A stretch of DNA of 64,000 nucleotides from Mayamaea pseudoterrestris (Eukaryota), in assembly GCA_027923505.1 (NCBI GenBank), contig BROI01000019.1, positions 1-64,000 of the forward strand, written 5' to 3'. The notes under the pieces are model-generated. The model saw nothing but the letters and a program-made list of their open reading frames with translations. It had not been told where the DNA came from and searched no databases. Both the position numbers and the translations under genes were made by a program. Every line of letters starts with the position of its first letter. The stretch's first letter is position 1. Below, piece by piece: positions 45,162 through 57,004 of this stretch.

Positions 45162-45456
45162 ATGCGCTTTAAAAACTAAAATATTCATAATATGTTTTAT
45201 CATAACTTACTTATTGACGAGAAATGTGAGGGCGAAATTTGATTCCTTGCCAAGTTTTTGGATTGCCAAGCGACAGTATGCGTTCACTACGCGGGACATG
45301 CCTTGATTACCGGCCCTGATCATGCGGACTGCTTACAGAGTCGCAGATACCGGTACTGGTACGAATGAAAAAGAATAACGTAGGGGCATCCCCACACACA
45401 CGTGGCCACCCGAACCAAGTGTCAAATTGGCCCTTTGCTTCACACAGCAAACAGCG

Positions 45457-45849
45457 TCACATATACATAAGACCTTCCTGTAAAATCAACATTGTCATCC
45501 TCATGGCATTGCCTTGGCTTATCTCAGTGTCGAGTTGGCAACCGAGATATTCAATTACTTCTTGAGTGAGCGAACGTGTTTTGCGAATGATGCGCTCGAT
45601 ACTCCCCTTCATCCCGTTCGCAGTTTGGCTGATGTGTCTCATCCGTTTTTGGACCGCATGGAAGAGCAAGCCTTGGCGAAAAACTTGAATGCGTTCAATT
45701 ATGGCTCGCTCCGGAATGATTTGAGCAAGATAGAGATTTTGCTGCTCGTGAATCTCTTTGACACGTATTGGTTGATTTGGGACGACAGAAAAAGCTCTTC
45801 GCTTATTGCTCGCGGTGACGTTCGACGACTTACTCGCCTTGCGCTTCAT
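45457..45849 (-). CDS. Possible small hypothetical protein
   Basis: 130-aa ATG ORF; no motif; a competing opposite-strand ORF exists. Confidence 0.35.
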   Translation of the reverse strand: MKRKASKSSNVTASNKRRAFSVVPNQPIRVKEIHEQQNLYLAQIIPERAIIERIQVFRQGLLFHAVQKRMRHISQTANGMKGSIERIIRKTRSLTQEVIEYLGCQLDTEISQGNAMRMTMLILQEGLMYM

Positions 45850-46167
45850 GCTGTTATACTCTCTCTCTGTTTTTTGAAAGCTAACTCTCGCTCAACAATA
45901 GCAACGTGGATAAATGAAGCTATTAGATTGCTTACCATCGTGATGTTTCGTTCGATATCCGTTAGAATTGCATGACAAAATGTGACAGCGGGTAGCTGGA
46001 TGAATAAGTACCGCTACGAGTCATCATTCATTCGTACTGAATAATTTCGGCGCGTGCATCAACCATCAAACAACCCCTCCTCGTCGCCTCGATGAACAAT
46101 GAGGGGATCGTAAAGACTTACAAGCAAATCTTGGCGTCAAACTTCACATCTCGTCCAGGCTTAAACC

Positions 46168-48003
46168 ATGGTTGCCCATCGTGATCCATTTCCAATGCAA
46201 TCGGACGCTGCCAAGGCGCTGAGCGCAACGAGCGGGGACGCTAGCAATATCATTCATCAATGGACTTCCATGGATACGAGCAGCAATGAGCCGAGTAATA
46301 CTATCATTGAAGCTTCCGATGCACAAGATGGTTTGACGGGAACAAAGAAGAAGAAGAGTGCCGACGATGATTCTGACGATGAGAATAACGACGACGAGGA
46401 TGAGTTTCTCGACCGTCCAATTTGGGAGAGTCGATCGCCATCAGAAAGGGCGATTGCCAAGGTGCAGCGAGTCTTGGAGAAGGTGTATCAGCGCTTGTAT
46501 GGCGATAAGCTACCCATTTCGGAAATGATTCGAACGCTTTGTCTTGCATCCACCCTTTACTTCATGATTGGAGGGTACTGGATCATGCGCAGCCTCAAGG
46601 ATCCAATTTTAACGTCCATTTGTGGTGTTGGCGTCATTCCAAAGGCCAAGATGCTTTCCGTTGTGCTAGTACTAGGAGTGGTCTCCATTTATAATCGGCT
46701 GCTTGATACCAAGATTCCAAGGCATCAGCTTTTCTACATTTTTGGCACTTTCTACTTTTTCCTCTTCATGACCATTGCCTTGCTGCTCATGCATCCCACT
46801 ATCGGTTTAGCCAATCAGCGGCAGTCGCCGTGGCGCCTGCTTGGATGGGCCACTTACTGCACAATTGAGAGTTACGGATCCATCATGGTGTCGCTATTTT
46901 GGTCTTTTACGAACAGTAACTTTTCTTTGGAATCAGCCAAGGCGAGCTATGGCGTCTTGATTGCATGCGCTCAAGTTGGAAGCATTCTCGGACCCACCTT
47001 TGTCAACCAATATGCCGAGACGCTTGGTGTAACAACGTGCTACATTATTGGTGCTTTCTGTCTCACCTCGCTTCAGGCGACCATGTACATGTATGTGAGC
47101 ATCTACGGGGCGATGGATCATACGGCAGTTGCAGCGTCACCGACCAAAACACTCTCCAAGGAGCGTACCGGCATATTTGAGGGTGTACGCTTGTTTTGGA
47201 AGTACAACTACGTCAAGGGTATCTTTGCGATTAGCTGCGTGTTCATGATTGTTGGAACAATCATTGACTATATAATGAAGACACTTGCCCGAGACTACTT
47301 TGCCGAGAAACATGTTTGTGAGATTGGCATGTCTTGCTACGACACTACGGGGGGCGAGCATGGTATGTCGGAGGATGCCACGGCGGCGTTCACCAGTTTC
47401 ATGGGCTTGTTTGGTCAGTCTGCAAATACTATTAGCTTTCTCTTCAGCTTGCTTGGGACAAGTGCCGTCATTCGCACGCTTGGCTTGCGATGGACGCTCC
47501 TCTTATTTCCCTCTCTATGCCTAACCGTCATCACCATTGTTCGATTTTATCCGACGCTGAATGTGACCTTTGGCGCCATGATGGCCATCAAGGCAGCGTC
47601 ATACTCGCTCAACAACCCCACCAAGGAAATCTTATACCAGCCCACAAGTAGCAGCGTCAAATACAAGGCAAAGAGCTGGATTGATATATTTGGAGCTCGC
47701 GGTGCGAAAGCAACGGCAAGTCTAGTGACCAATGCGTTTTCCTACTCCACTGCTGTTCTTGTACAAAATGGAAGCCTGGTGGGCATGTGTGTGGCGTCCT
47801 TCTTGATTTGGAATGCAACGTACATGGGAAAGAAGTTTGACGAGTATACTGAATCTGGCTACATTGTTGGTGACGAGAACAGTCCTGACGAGGATGGCGG
47901 AGATGGCAACTATCTGGAAATGTCCACGGATTCGCATGAGGGCGATACGAGCTGTGTGATATACGATGACGACGAATTAGATGATCTCGAGGCAGAAATC
48001 TAA
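46168..48003 (+). CDS. Nucleotide transporter (NTT/TLC ATP:ADP antiporter family), paralog 1
   Basis: About 12 TM segments; [47 protein letters not shown]. Confidence 0.9.
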   Translation: MVAHRDPFPMQSDAAKALSATSGDASNIIHQWTSMDTSSNEPSNTIIEASDAQDGLTGTKKKKSADDDSDDENNDDEDEFLDRPIWESRSPSERAIAKVQRVLEKVYQRLYGDKLPISEMIRTLCLASTLYFMIGGYWIMRSLKDPILTSICGVGVIPKAKMLSVVLVLGVVSIYNRLLDTKIPRHQLFYIFGTFYFFLFMTIALLLMHPTIGLANQRQSPWRLLGWATYCTIESYGSIMVSLFWSFTNSNFSLESAKASYGVLIACAQVGSILGPTFVNQYAETLGVTTCYIIGAFCLTSLQATMYMYVSIYGAMDHTAVAASPTKTLSKERTGIFEGVRLFWKYNYVKGIFAISCVFMIVGTIIDYIMKTLARDYFAEKHVCEIGMSCYDTTGGEHGMSEDATAAFTSFMGLFGQSANTISFLFSLLGTSAVIRTLGLRWTLLLFPSLCLTVITIVRFYPTLNVTFGAMMAIKAASYSLNNPTKEILYQPTSSSVKYKAKSWIDIFGARGAKATASLVTNAFSYSTAVLVQNGSLVGMCVASFLIWNATYMGKKFDEYTESGYIVGDENSPDEDGGDGNYLEMSTDSHEGDTSCVIYDDDELDDLEAEI

Positions 48004-48274
48004 ACGATATTGATAAGAATGGGTTACTAAACCTGTTAGAACCCCGTCGTTAGTTTTCGTTGCACATGATAATGCCTGCTGACAGCGTATGTCGACTCGC
48101 TCTCAGCTTTTCTGTAAGTAGTATCGTTCGTAGCAATGCAGGCACGAGTGTCATAACTAGGTGCCAAACCGATGCGGCACCAGAAACGCATTGGTCTTTC
48201 GTCTTCCCCATCAACCATTCGAGCCACTCCTGCTGCCGCCGCTCATTACTTGGACCTATCCATATTGCTTGAAT

Positions 48275-49603
48275 ATGTCGTCCGATCAAAAGAAACGCAA
48301 GTTTTATGAGGAAGACTCGTTAAAGTTTTATGAGGAAGACTCGTTAAATAATTTGTTTATAGCGGATGAGCTCGAGCCCGCCGATATTCCACGCAGATTT
48401 CTGGACATTGCCTCACTCCAAACGAGAACCATTGACAATGCACCGAATCCTCATGTATCGAAAGAGAAACAAATCATTCAGCTCAAGCAAGAAATGCAAG
48501 CCATTTCAACGATGCGAGATAACATTGACATATTCGTGGAAGAGATGCATGATGAGTTAATTGACAAACGATTGACAGCAATGCATGGGTTACTCGACAG
48601 CTTTTCGCCACTCCTTTCACTTCTTCCAGTCGGAGAAGTTTTAAAGAATATTGTATCTTTTTTGGATGAAGTGTCGCTTTATCAACTGGAGGAAGCATCA
48701 GAAACGATCAAGGATCGATTTCCGCATGATCAATGGGACGAGTTGGATGATTGCCGCGAATTTGGCTCATACAGGAACAAAGACCCGACGAGTTATAGCT
48801 GCAGCTACTTGAGAGGTCATGCGTTTGCGAAAGCGTCCATATTCACCGAAAAGATGGAAAGACTCGCGTGTAAGCACTACGACTACGAAGTGGTCCCAAG
48901 CGAAACTGCCGTGGCTCTAAAGGAGTGCCTTCGTTGTAAGAGCTTTCCAAACTTCGATTATTATCATGCCTACGATGACTACCAATCATTTATACGATTG
49001 TCGCTGCAGGAAAAGGATGAATTGAAGCCGCTTTGGTGCGGCTTCGTGCCTTGGGTTGGTGATTGTAATTATGAAAGAGTGGATTTTTGTTTGGCTGGTG
49101 TAGCAGGCGAAATGATGAGCGGTTGGCCTGACCTACAAAAATTTCGATGCTGGCTGGACAATCTGGGCGAGGAGGAAACGGCGCAAGAAGAATTTAAAGA
49201 CCGTTTGCGCTTTAGTAGGTATGCAAGACTGACGCGCGTTCCATGGGTGAAGTCCAAATATTCATCACGACGTAGTGCATACAAAAAAAGGATGAAGCGA
49301 CTCTTGACGCCTCTACGACTAACGGTTACAAACTATAAGATTGCCGAAGTGGAAGTTTGCAATCTGTACATTGCTTCTGGTGGGTTTTTTGATTTTCTTG
49401 AGGATGGATGGTGTCGTTTGCATGTTCGGGATGCCAGTGGAGAGGAATGTGGCGAATCGCATGCGCGAAACATTAAATTGAATGAGCAGATGTGGGCGCA
49501 GATACGTATTGGACAGGATGGTCAGTTTGACCTAAGCATTCGCACCGGACGTACGCCAAATACACCCTATTATTATGGCAGCGATTCAGAAGATTTAGTT
49601 TGA
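48275..49603 (+). CDS. Hypothetical protein with F-box-like motif
   Basis: LLPVGEVLKNIVSFLDEVSLYQL resembles an F-box. Confidence 0.65.
   Translation: MSSDQKKRKFYEEDSLKFYEEDSLNNLFIADELEPADIPRRFLDIASLQTRTIDNAPNPHVSKEKQIIQLKQEMQAISTMRDNIDIFVEEMHDELIDKRLTAMHGLLDSFSPLLSLLPVGEVLKNIVSFLDEVSLYQLEEASETIKDRFPHDQWDELDDCREFGSYRNKDPTSYSCSYLRGHAFAKASIFTEKMERLACKHYDYEVVPSETAVALKECLRCKSFPNFDYYHAYDDYQSFIRLSLQEKDELKPLWCGFVPWVGDCNYERVDFCLAGVAGEMMSGWPDLQKFRCWLDNLGEEETAQEEFKDRLRFSRYARLTRVPWVKSKYSSRRSAYKKRMKRLLTPLRLTVTNYKIAEVEVCNLYIASGGFFDFLEDGWCRLHVRDASGEECGESHARNIKLNEQMWAQIRIGQDGQFDLSIRTGRTPNTPYYYGSDSEDLV
48299..48346 (+). repeat. Perfect 24-bp tandem duplication (KFYEEDSL x2)
   Basis: AAGTTTTATGAGGAAGACTCGTTA occurs twice, in frame. 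Confidence 0.95.
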
Positions 49604-49702
49604 TTAAAGATTGCCCTGCTCCGATATGTAACTTTACGATGCTTATGTTAACTCAATTACTCTTTAAGAGAATAAAGCATGTCAAGCGGAGCTCTTCGTT
49701 CT

Positions 49703-50728
49703 TTACTTGCTCCCTTCGCTGCTGCCCCCTTGGTCTTCGCCGCCGCCACCCCCATTATCTCCTCCACCGCCAACGGGAACACCGAATCCCACGCCGCCTG
49801 ATGGAACGCGCCGAGCAATCTCACTAATCATACGATCAGGAGGCTGGCCCTGCAGCCAAACGGTACCAGGTCCTGTAAAGGTAGTAAAGAACAAACCTTC
49901 GCCTCCAGCAAACACATTGGCAAAGCCCTTGACCATTTGCACATCAAACTCGGCATTGACGAAAGCTACCAAGCAGCCCGAGGACACTCGCAGTGTCTCT
50001 CCTTCCTTCAAGTCTCGTCGAATCAACGATCCTCCCGCCTTGACGAAAACGTCACCCTCACCAGTCAACGCCTGCAGAATGAAACCTTCACCTCCGAAGA
50101 AGCCCGTCGAAAACTTTTTGGTAAACTCCATGGCAATGTCAATGGTATGTGACGCGCACAGCAGCGCTCCCTTTTGACAAACAATCTTGCCATGTTCATC
50201 TACATTCAATCGCAATATTTTGGAAGGAAAGTCCGTTCCCAGCGCCACGTAGCCATGCGAGTCACCACTATACGTATAATCCGACACGAAAAAGTGCTGC
50301 CCCGTCAGCATGCGCTGAAAGCCGCTCGACAAGCCGCCTCCCGTCGTGGTGTTCATGTCAATGCCGTCCGTCATGAACATCATGGCGCCGCTCTCGGCGC
50401 GCAGCACTTGGTTTGGCTCCAAGCGGACCGTTAGTATTTGCGACTCGCTGCCTTCAATCTTGGCGGCAATGTCAAAGTCAATGGGACGACCAGTGACTCC
50501 GTCTTTGCTTGTTTTGGTAGTCAAGTCTTGAGGTTTGGGAGTGGTAATGGATGTGTCTGATGTTAAAACAGACGACGAGGAAAAGGATCGAGTCGAGCAA
50601 AATGAAGTTGCGGCTGCTTGAACAAGCTCACTTCGATTCGTCGATGCAGCAAGGCTTGTAACGCATGGTATAGCCAAGGAGTGGCGCGCTAGGGGTCGAA
50701 GAAGGGTAGAAAGGGAGCTCATTGCCAT
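49703..50728 (-). CDS. AIM24/TIGR00266-family protein, probably mitochondrial
   Basis: AESGAMMFM, GFFGGEGFILQ, GGEGLF, GPGTVWLQ; Ser/Arg-rich leader. Confidence 0.9.
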   Translation of the reverse strand: MAMSSLSTLLRPLARHSLAIPCVTSLAASTNRSELVQAAATSFCSTRSFSSSSVLTSDTSITTPKPQDLTTKTSKDGVTGRPIDFDIAAKIEGSESQILTVRLEPNQVLRAESGAMMFMTDGIDMNTTTGGGLSSGFQRMLTGQHFFVSDYTYSGDSHGYVALGTDFPSKILRLNVDEHGKIVCQKGALLCASHTIDIAMEFTKKFSTGFFGGEGFILQALTGEGDVFVKAGGSLIRRDLKEGETLRVSSGCLVAFVNAEFDVQMVKGFANVFAGGEGLFFTTFTGPGTVWLQGQPPDRMISEIARRVPSGGVGFGVPVGGGGDNGGGGGEDQGGSSEGSK

Positions 50729-50841
50729 GGTAATGATGGTGATGGAATCTGCTGCCATGGTAGAACGACGAAGAAGCGCGCGCTTTTTTCTGTGACGTGG
50801 CATTAGATTGGTGATTGGCTGCAAGACGTCAGCAGAAAATC

Positions 50842-50851
50842 GTACCGGTAC
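50842..50851. promoter_or_regulatory. GTACCGGTAC palindrome in divergent promoter
   Basis: Between the AIM24 and NYN RNase starts. Confidence 0.6.
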
Positions 50852-50943
50852 TTGTTGCAACCTCTCACGCATCGCGGCTATCGACCATGGCGTGACATTG
50901 GGTTTCGCTCGTACAACCAAGCGACACAGGATATACGCCCATT

Positions 50944-52254
50944 ATGGTTCGACCAAGACTTGTCGAGGAAGGTGTTCCCGTAGGATCCAATGCAATTCAC
51001 AATGTTGAAAACGAAGTAGACGACCATTCCATGGCTGATGATGATGACAATGTTGCGGCTGTCACACATCGTCAAGGTAATCCATCGCACCGTTTCAGTC
51101 ACCAGGCTACAGGTAGTCAAATTCCGAAATCGTCTTTGCAAGTAGCAAGTGGCGGGAAATCGTTTCATACGAGACCGAAACGAATGCACGCGACGCACGT
51201 TGTCATTGGTGGAACGGAAATGCATGACGACGACGACATGAATTTTGCTCAACATCACGACAACCACGGACAACGGCACAACCATCCTGCAATGCATCCA
51301 ACTCATTTTCAAATACCATGTGACGTTTCGAATCACGTATATCAAAGCATTCAAGCAGCTTCGTTACCTCTTCCAGCGCATCATTCTCATCATAATCATC
51401 AAGATCCATTACATCATACTCATGCTGCACATGTTTCGTCGACGGCGCATCAATATTCACAACCTTACGTAACAAACGCTCCGAATCTCCATTACGACTA
51501 CTCACATATTCCATCGCCGCCTCCCGCCGTTCGCACGCACTACGAGATTGGCGCCGACGATCGTCCCACGGAACGCATGGTGGGCGTCGAAGACCATTCC
51601 GTCAAGCCACCACTGGTGGTCTTTGACGGCGCCAACGTGGCCTACGCGTACGCGCAAGCCATGAAGCAACAAGAAAAGGTGTATACGAACCATTCGCAAC
51701 CGCAGTTGCCGTTGCAGCCAAACGTCAAGGGCATTCTCGTGGCGAGCGAATACTTTGTGGGCGCCAACATGCGCGTTTTGATCGTCCTGCCGCAATCGTG
51801 GTTACGGACGCGGACAATTGCATCGAATGGTAGTGTGATTTACGAGCAACCAGTCATGCCTGGCTTGGAGGAGCTGCAGCGACAGCATATTATTGTGGCG
51901 GCGCCTCCGACGGACGACGACGACGCCTACGCCATTACGATTGCCCGACGAGAAACGATGCGCGTCAATCACCATCATCATGACAGCATGCAGGGTCATG
52001 GCTACGTTTTGTCCAACGACTTGTTTCGCGACGCGTGCGCGCGCGACGACACCAAGCAACTGCAAGAATGGCTCACGCACGGATTGAGTGACGGCACGGG
52101 AGCGGGACGCATTTCGTACGCCTTTTGCGACATTGGCAATCGAGATGACTACGGCGATTTGCAACTGGACTTGGTGCCGAATCCGCGGCATCCGCTCGTG
52201 GCTCACATTGAAACACAGCGGTTGCAGCAAGTGCGCAGTATGCAGCAGCGATAG
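50944..52254 (+). CDS. Zc3h12a/Regnase-like NYN (PIN) ribonuclease domain protein
   Basis: VVFDGANVA, DDDAYAI, VLSNDLFRD acidic motifs; His-rich N-terminus. Confidence 0.85.
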   Translation: MVRPRLVEEGVPVGSNAIHNVENEVDDHSMADDDDNVAAVTHRQGNPSHRFSHQATGSQIPKSSLQVASGGKSFHTRPKRMHATHVVIGGTEMHDDDDMNFAQHHDNHGQRHNHPAMHPTHFQIPCDVSNHVYQSIQAASLPLPAHHSHHNHQDPLHHTHAAHVSSTAHQYSQPYVTNAPNLHYDYSHIPSPPPAVRTHYEIGADDRPTERMVGVEDHSVKPPLVVFDGANVAYAYAQAMKQQEKVYTNHSQPQLPLQPNVKGILVASEYFVGANMRVLIVLPQSWLRTRTIASNGSVIYEQPVMPGLEELQRQHIIVAAPPTDDDDAYAITIARRETMRVNHHHHDSMQGHGYVLSNDLFRDACARDDTKQLQEWLTHGLSDGTGAGRISYAFCDIGNRDDYGDLQLDLVPNPRHPLVAHIETQRLQQVRSMQQR

Positions 52255-52454
52255 ACTAACGAGCTACTATTAACTGCAAGTTGAACAATCAGCATTCGAT
52301 ATATAGCAGCTTTAAATATATATATTCTAGGTAATAATTAAACTCACTATCAGTCATCGCATCTTCACGATCAAGCTTTGCATTGGCGTCAAAAGCACAC
52401 CATCACAATACATAGAGTCAAGTCCGTATAGCAAACATCAGCACATATTCTTCA

Positions 52455-53531
52455 TCAAATGCAAAATTTGTTCCCCAAGCATTCTCCGTTGCGTCCGCCG
52501 CAATTGTGACAAATCGAAACACTCATTTGCGAGGCTCCCGAGGAACTCGTCAGCGTGCCTGTTCGTTTGGATTGCACTGACAATGACGCTGGACCAGCAA
52601 CCGTGTTCCATGCAAACGACGACGACGGCTGCGCCGCACTGTTACTACTTTTTCGTTCATGAATGGATTGCGGAATGGCCTCGTGCGAAAACTTGCGGCG
52701 GGCCGCATAGTTGTTTAAAGGCAATGGCGGCGGCAATTCGTAAATCACCTCCGGCTCAAAGGTGAACACATAACCCATGAGGCGCTGGTCAAAGTCCTCT
52801 TCGTCCAAATCGTCGCCCTCCAAAATGAAAATGGCATTGCTCGAATCGTCATCGTCATCTTCATCCGAAAGTAGCAACTCACTTTCAACATCATCCAAAT
52901 CAATTGGACATGCCACGCGACGAGAAAGCTTCGGCGGCGATGGAACATCCACCAGTGGCACCATTTCGTCCACGTCGATTGGCCCCGTGCGAATCGATCG
53001 GTCGTCGTCGGCGTGCTCCTGTTGCTCCGTTTCGCAGGGCGAATACTGAAAGTGACTGGCAGCAGCTGCAGCAGACGAATAGTAGTAACTGTTGCAGCTG
53101 CTACTAGTGCTCGTCGCACTCGGTCGTCGACTCGCCACGGATCGAGCGGCGCCGTACTGCTGCGACATGGAGTTCACGCCCGATGAAGTGCTGCATCCAC
53201 TATTGCTGTTTCCATATAATGGCGCAGCACTGCTGACCGTCGAGGACGTTTCGGCCAGCGTCTCGCGCGTGACATCGGATGTGGCGCTTCCGGCGGAGCG
53301 GTGGCGGCGGAGCAACGGCATGAGAGGTTTCTTGGTATGGCGGCATTGGCTTGGACTGCTCTGCATGGCTGGCGTGGGAGGTCGACTGCTGCTGCTGCCT
53401 TTGCGATTAAATGCAGCAGCAGTGCCATTCTTACTCATGCTGCTCCTTGATGCAAACAGTGGCGGAGTCGTTGACGATTTGCCGCTGCCGTCATGCGTCA
53501 CTGTATTTGTTGCTGCTGCCTTTCGTCTCAT
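52455..53531 (-). CDS. Hypothetical low-complexity protein
   Basis: 358-aa Ser-rich ORF with PIDVD/PIDLD repeats and a Cys-rich end. Confidence 0.65.
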   Translation of the reverse strand: MRRKAAATNTVTHDGSGKSSTTPPLFASRSSMSKNGTAAAFNRKGSSSSRPPTPAMQSSPSQCRHTKKPLMPLLRRHRSAGSATSDVTRETLAETSSTVSSAAPLYGNSNSGCSTSSGVNSMSQQYGAARSVASRRPSATSTSSSCNSYYYSSAAAAASHFQYSPCETEQQEHADDDRSIRTGPIDVDEMVPLVDVPSPPKLSRRVACPIDLDDVESELLLSDEDDDDDSSNAIFILEGDDLDEEDFDQRLMGYVFTFEPEVIYELPPPLPLNNYAARRKFSHEAIPQSIHERKSSNSAAQPSSSFAWNTVAGPASLSVQSKRTGTLTSSSGASQMSVSICHNCGGRNGECLGNKFCI

Positions 53532-53906
53532 GCCTACAAAACTGACAGCAACGTTGCTGCTGCTCTAATCGTGGGCGAGCGTCCCAAGTTTTCGTGAGAC
53601 CGGCGGACCATGAGAGAGCGAAGGGATCGAAAACGATGCGCTTCCGAGTGGCGGCCAAGCTAATTTGCTCGCAAATGCATGACATGGATCGATGGAGTAC
53701 ACTGTGTGCCATAGTCGCGTTTTCATTCCGGGACTGAATTGGATGTTTCCCATTTTTGGCGATCGCATCCTTCGCAGCGGCATTGAAATTGGAACAACGC
53801 TACGACACACAGTCAGCGACGACCACATCAGCGCGCGCGACCATGACGTGTTCCTTCGAAGCGCAGGTTGCGCGATGATGGTCATCACACAAACTCTAGC
53901 GCCGCC

Positions 53907-54248
53907 ATGAAGGGATTTATCGTCACTTTGTTGGCCATTCTCTTTCGTGGAGCTAGCGCATTCACCGTCTCACCTTTAACAACAACAAGCCGCATTTCGA
54001 CTCGACTCGACGCGGTACCGCCCACCATGGTGATTTACTGATCCATCAAGAGCGGAATCGACCTCGTGTCGTATGGACTGGGAGCAACGGACAAGTTCAA
54101 GGGGACGGGAGTATATAGTGGGATTCAGTTTGAGCGAGAAAAGAAGGATGAAACTGGAGACAAGTCTTTGGAGAAGAAAGGTGCTAGTGAATCGTCGAGC
54201 ATGGCCAAGGCCAATGCAAAGAAGACGAATCCAACGTCATCCAAATAG
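53907..54248 (+). pseudogene. Small plastid-targeted protein ORF with in-frame TGA (nonsense allele, error or recoding)
   Basis: MKGFIVTLLAILFRGASAF plus transit peptide; TGA at 54039-54041; the frame continues to TAG at 54248. Confidence 0.7.
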
Positions 54249-54577
54249 TACTGGTTGCGAACAATGCTGGATCTGATGGAATATACTTGACTGAATGAAA
54301 GCAGACTGAGAATGACGACTGCGACATTTTGTTGTGGTCTGATAAAATCACCGGTGGATGGTTCGATGCCGAGCTTCGCCTCCCCGTCCAGGAGCAAAGC
54401 ATTGAGCTATTAGCCGCGTGATCAGAAAGTAAAGTTTAATACAGTATAATCGATAGACAAAGCATCTTATACTACAGTATATAAACAATATACAAAAGCC
54501 GTTGGGACTACATACAAGATCTGATAAAGCAAATTATGAATGTCTTGTCGAGCAGATGGCAGATCGCCCTATGCTCG

Positions 54578-55991
54578 TTAAGGTGTGATCTTCGCGATTT
54601 TACTATAGCGGCAGCTGTCTTGGCCATGGTTTTGAAACATTTCATGTGACCAATTGCGCTTCTGCGCATGGCGTGTACGTGTTGCCAATGCTGTATCGCC
54701 TGCCGGACGAGAACTTTGCAGTCGCCTCTTCTTGCTCAGGGCCGTTTCGATAGATGCATTTGATACCACGCCATTGTCGTTCAGGGTATAGATTGCAGAG
54801 TGGCTTAGCAGAGGATTGGAAAGCAACATGATGGCAGCACTATTGACTTCCCGGTAGAGCTTGACGAGCTCATCCTCGGACTTCAACGGAAACTGAGCAA
54901 CCAAGTAGTCTTGCATGAATTCGACGTTACATCTCCGATTGTCGATTGAGCCGAGAGCGACAGTGGCAATCGCGAGTCCCAATGTCGCTGGAGCATAGAG
55001 GAACGCGGAATCCGTGCACATGAGTGTTCTCGTCTCCATTTCCAGAAGATGAACCAAGATATGATCAGAAGTGCTGCGATGCAACGCGTCATTGGAGAGA
55101 GATTTCGTGTTTGGATCAATGGTGGCAGTAGCATCTGAGCTCCACTTCGATAACTCTCGGGCCACGTTTCGCAAGGTAACATTCGCGTGGTGGTTGATGA
55201 ACTCATAGTTTAGCCCCTCCATAAGGATCTTTTCCGCGCTTTCAATCTGAGAAATGGTGACATACGAAAGCTCTTGGCATAGCAACGGAGACGAAATGGC
55301 GCTTGACTTAACAAACTTGGTAGCATGAGATAGCAAATCGAGCTGAAGGAAAAGCAAGCAGAGGATTAGACTCGCATGGACGACATAGCTCGACGAGTTC
55401 GGCCGGCCGATCGTGTTGTTAACAAGATGAGTCATAATCGTGTCGTTTGCATCAAGGTTCGGCAAAAAACATAAGCCTCACCATTTATGGCACGACACAA
55501 ATGCAAGCCGGGCGAGCCTCTCATCTGTCGTTGGATGCAACACGGAATGGGGCCAAGTGGAGCCTTACCTCGATCTTTTCTTCCTCCACCTTGGCGGCCA
55601 GAAATGCGGCTGCCATGCAAATTTGTCGCGGATCAAAGTCTAGAACAGAGTTTGACAAGTAGAATCGTTTGACGAACGTAATGGCTGTGCAGAGCACCCG
55701 CTCGCTCGTGCGTAGTCCGTCGAACAACGCTTTTGGACCACATAGTGATTCCAACTGATGGATATGAATATAGAGGACCAACTCTTGGTCTTCCATAGAG
55801 AAGCCATTTATTGAGCTACTGATTGGACTGCAGGCTTCGTGATTAGATTGATTCCTGTGATGATAGCCCGAGGCGAATTTGCGTGCCTTGCAGTGCGCAC
55901 CGTCAATCGAGATGGCTTGCTGCCGGCAGCTTAATAGTGTATCGACATTGAACATCCAGTTCCTTGCATGAGTGGATCGTTCATACTCCAT
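54578..55991 (-). CDS. CCNH: Cyclin H (intron 55343-55568)
   Basis: YERSTHARNW, TAITFVKRFYLSNSVLDFDP, AAFLAAKVEE, LMEGLNYEF, TDSAFLYAP. Confidence 0.88.
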
Positions 55992-57004
55992 TTTAGTGAC
56001 AAGACAAAGTGTCTTGAATTGTGATGATCTTGGGAAGGATTTTGTGTGATGATTTGATGGAACAAAAATCGCTTGATGTTTTTGCGGGTGATGGCGAAAT
56101 TGGGGCGTTTGAACGGCTCGGCTCAACCGGCGCCGAAAACTCAAAGGGTTAGGGTCCGCTAATGGGACTCTCTTTGGACTGACTTTTTCTCAAGACTCCC
56201 GGGAAAAAGGCTATGAATTGTTCGGTTTGATGATTATGAAGAAAATAAGTTGGTAAACTTGTTGATAGTCCCAACAAACAGTATTATAAGACCTGCCGAC
56301 AATGGCAAGCGCGCTTCATGTCCAAGCTCACTGACACTACCCACCCCGGTACAATCGATTCATTACAAATGCCTCACTGCATGACTACTAACAAAAGGCT
56401 CTACAAGTCAATTACCTCAACGAGAGCACTGACTAATAATCTTTGAAAGATGGCAGCAAACGGGAATCAAGAGGGACGGCAAGACATGGCAGTGCCGCTT
56501 GTTCACAGATAGGTGTGTGCTTTGCTGCCAATCGTATTGAGACGTATGGCTGTTAAAAGATACGAACCCTTCTATTCATATGCTGTGTTACCAAGTTTGT
56601 ATGATATAGCTATATCTCATGGGAAGGGAGAGGATGTGACAAGGTAGGACAATTATATAACAGCTTTCTGCACAGTTCTCCTGGCAGCATGTAAAAATAT
56701 TTCTGGCTCGGGGCGGATCACTACTACAAGTGTGACTGCATTTAAACAAGAAGTAAGTTGCCACTGCCTGGTCCCGTGCAGCTAACGTAGTTACGTACTC
56801 GATTGGGTCATTTCTGTCGACATGTGAGACCCGAAACGACATAAGTTCACTAGTTACAAAACGTCTTCTGTGTGTTTCGCGCACCCGAGCACGACGATGG
56901 GCGAGGCAGCCGATTCTTGTGGCAGCAACGGCTTTGGACTTGCATCTACAACAACAATAGAGTAATACATACGCAACAAGGGCAAAAGCGTTAAAAGTAT
57001 CAAT

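Noticed and set aside
54312..54343. C/D box snoRNA (ATGACGA...CTGA)
   Set aside because: Boxes only ~20 nt apart and fully stem-paired, leaving no guide region; kept only as a SECIS/K-turn-like hairpin.
56145..56155. AGGGTTAGGGT telomere-like sequence
   Set aside because: Under two units; at most a telo-box-like promoter motif and could be chance.
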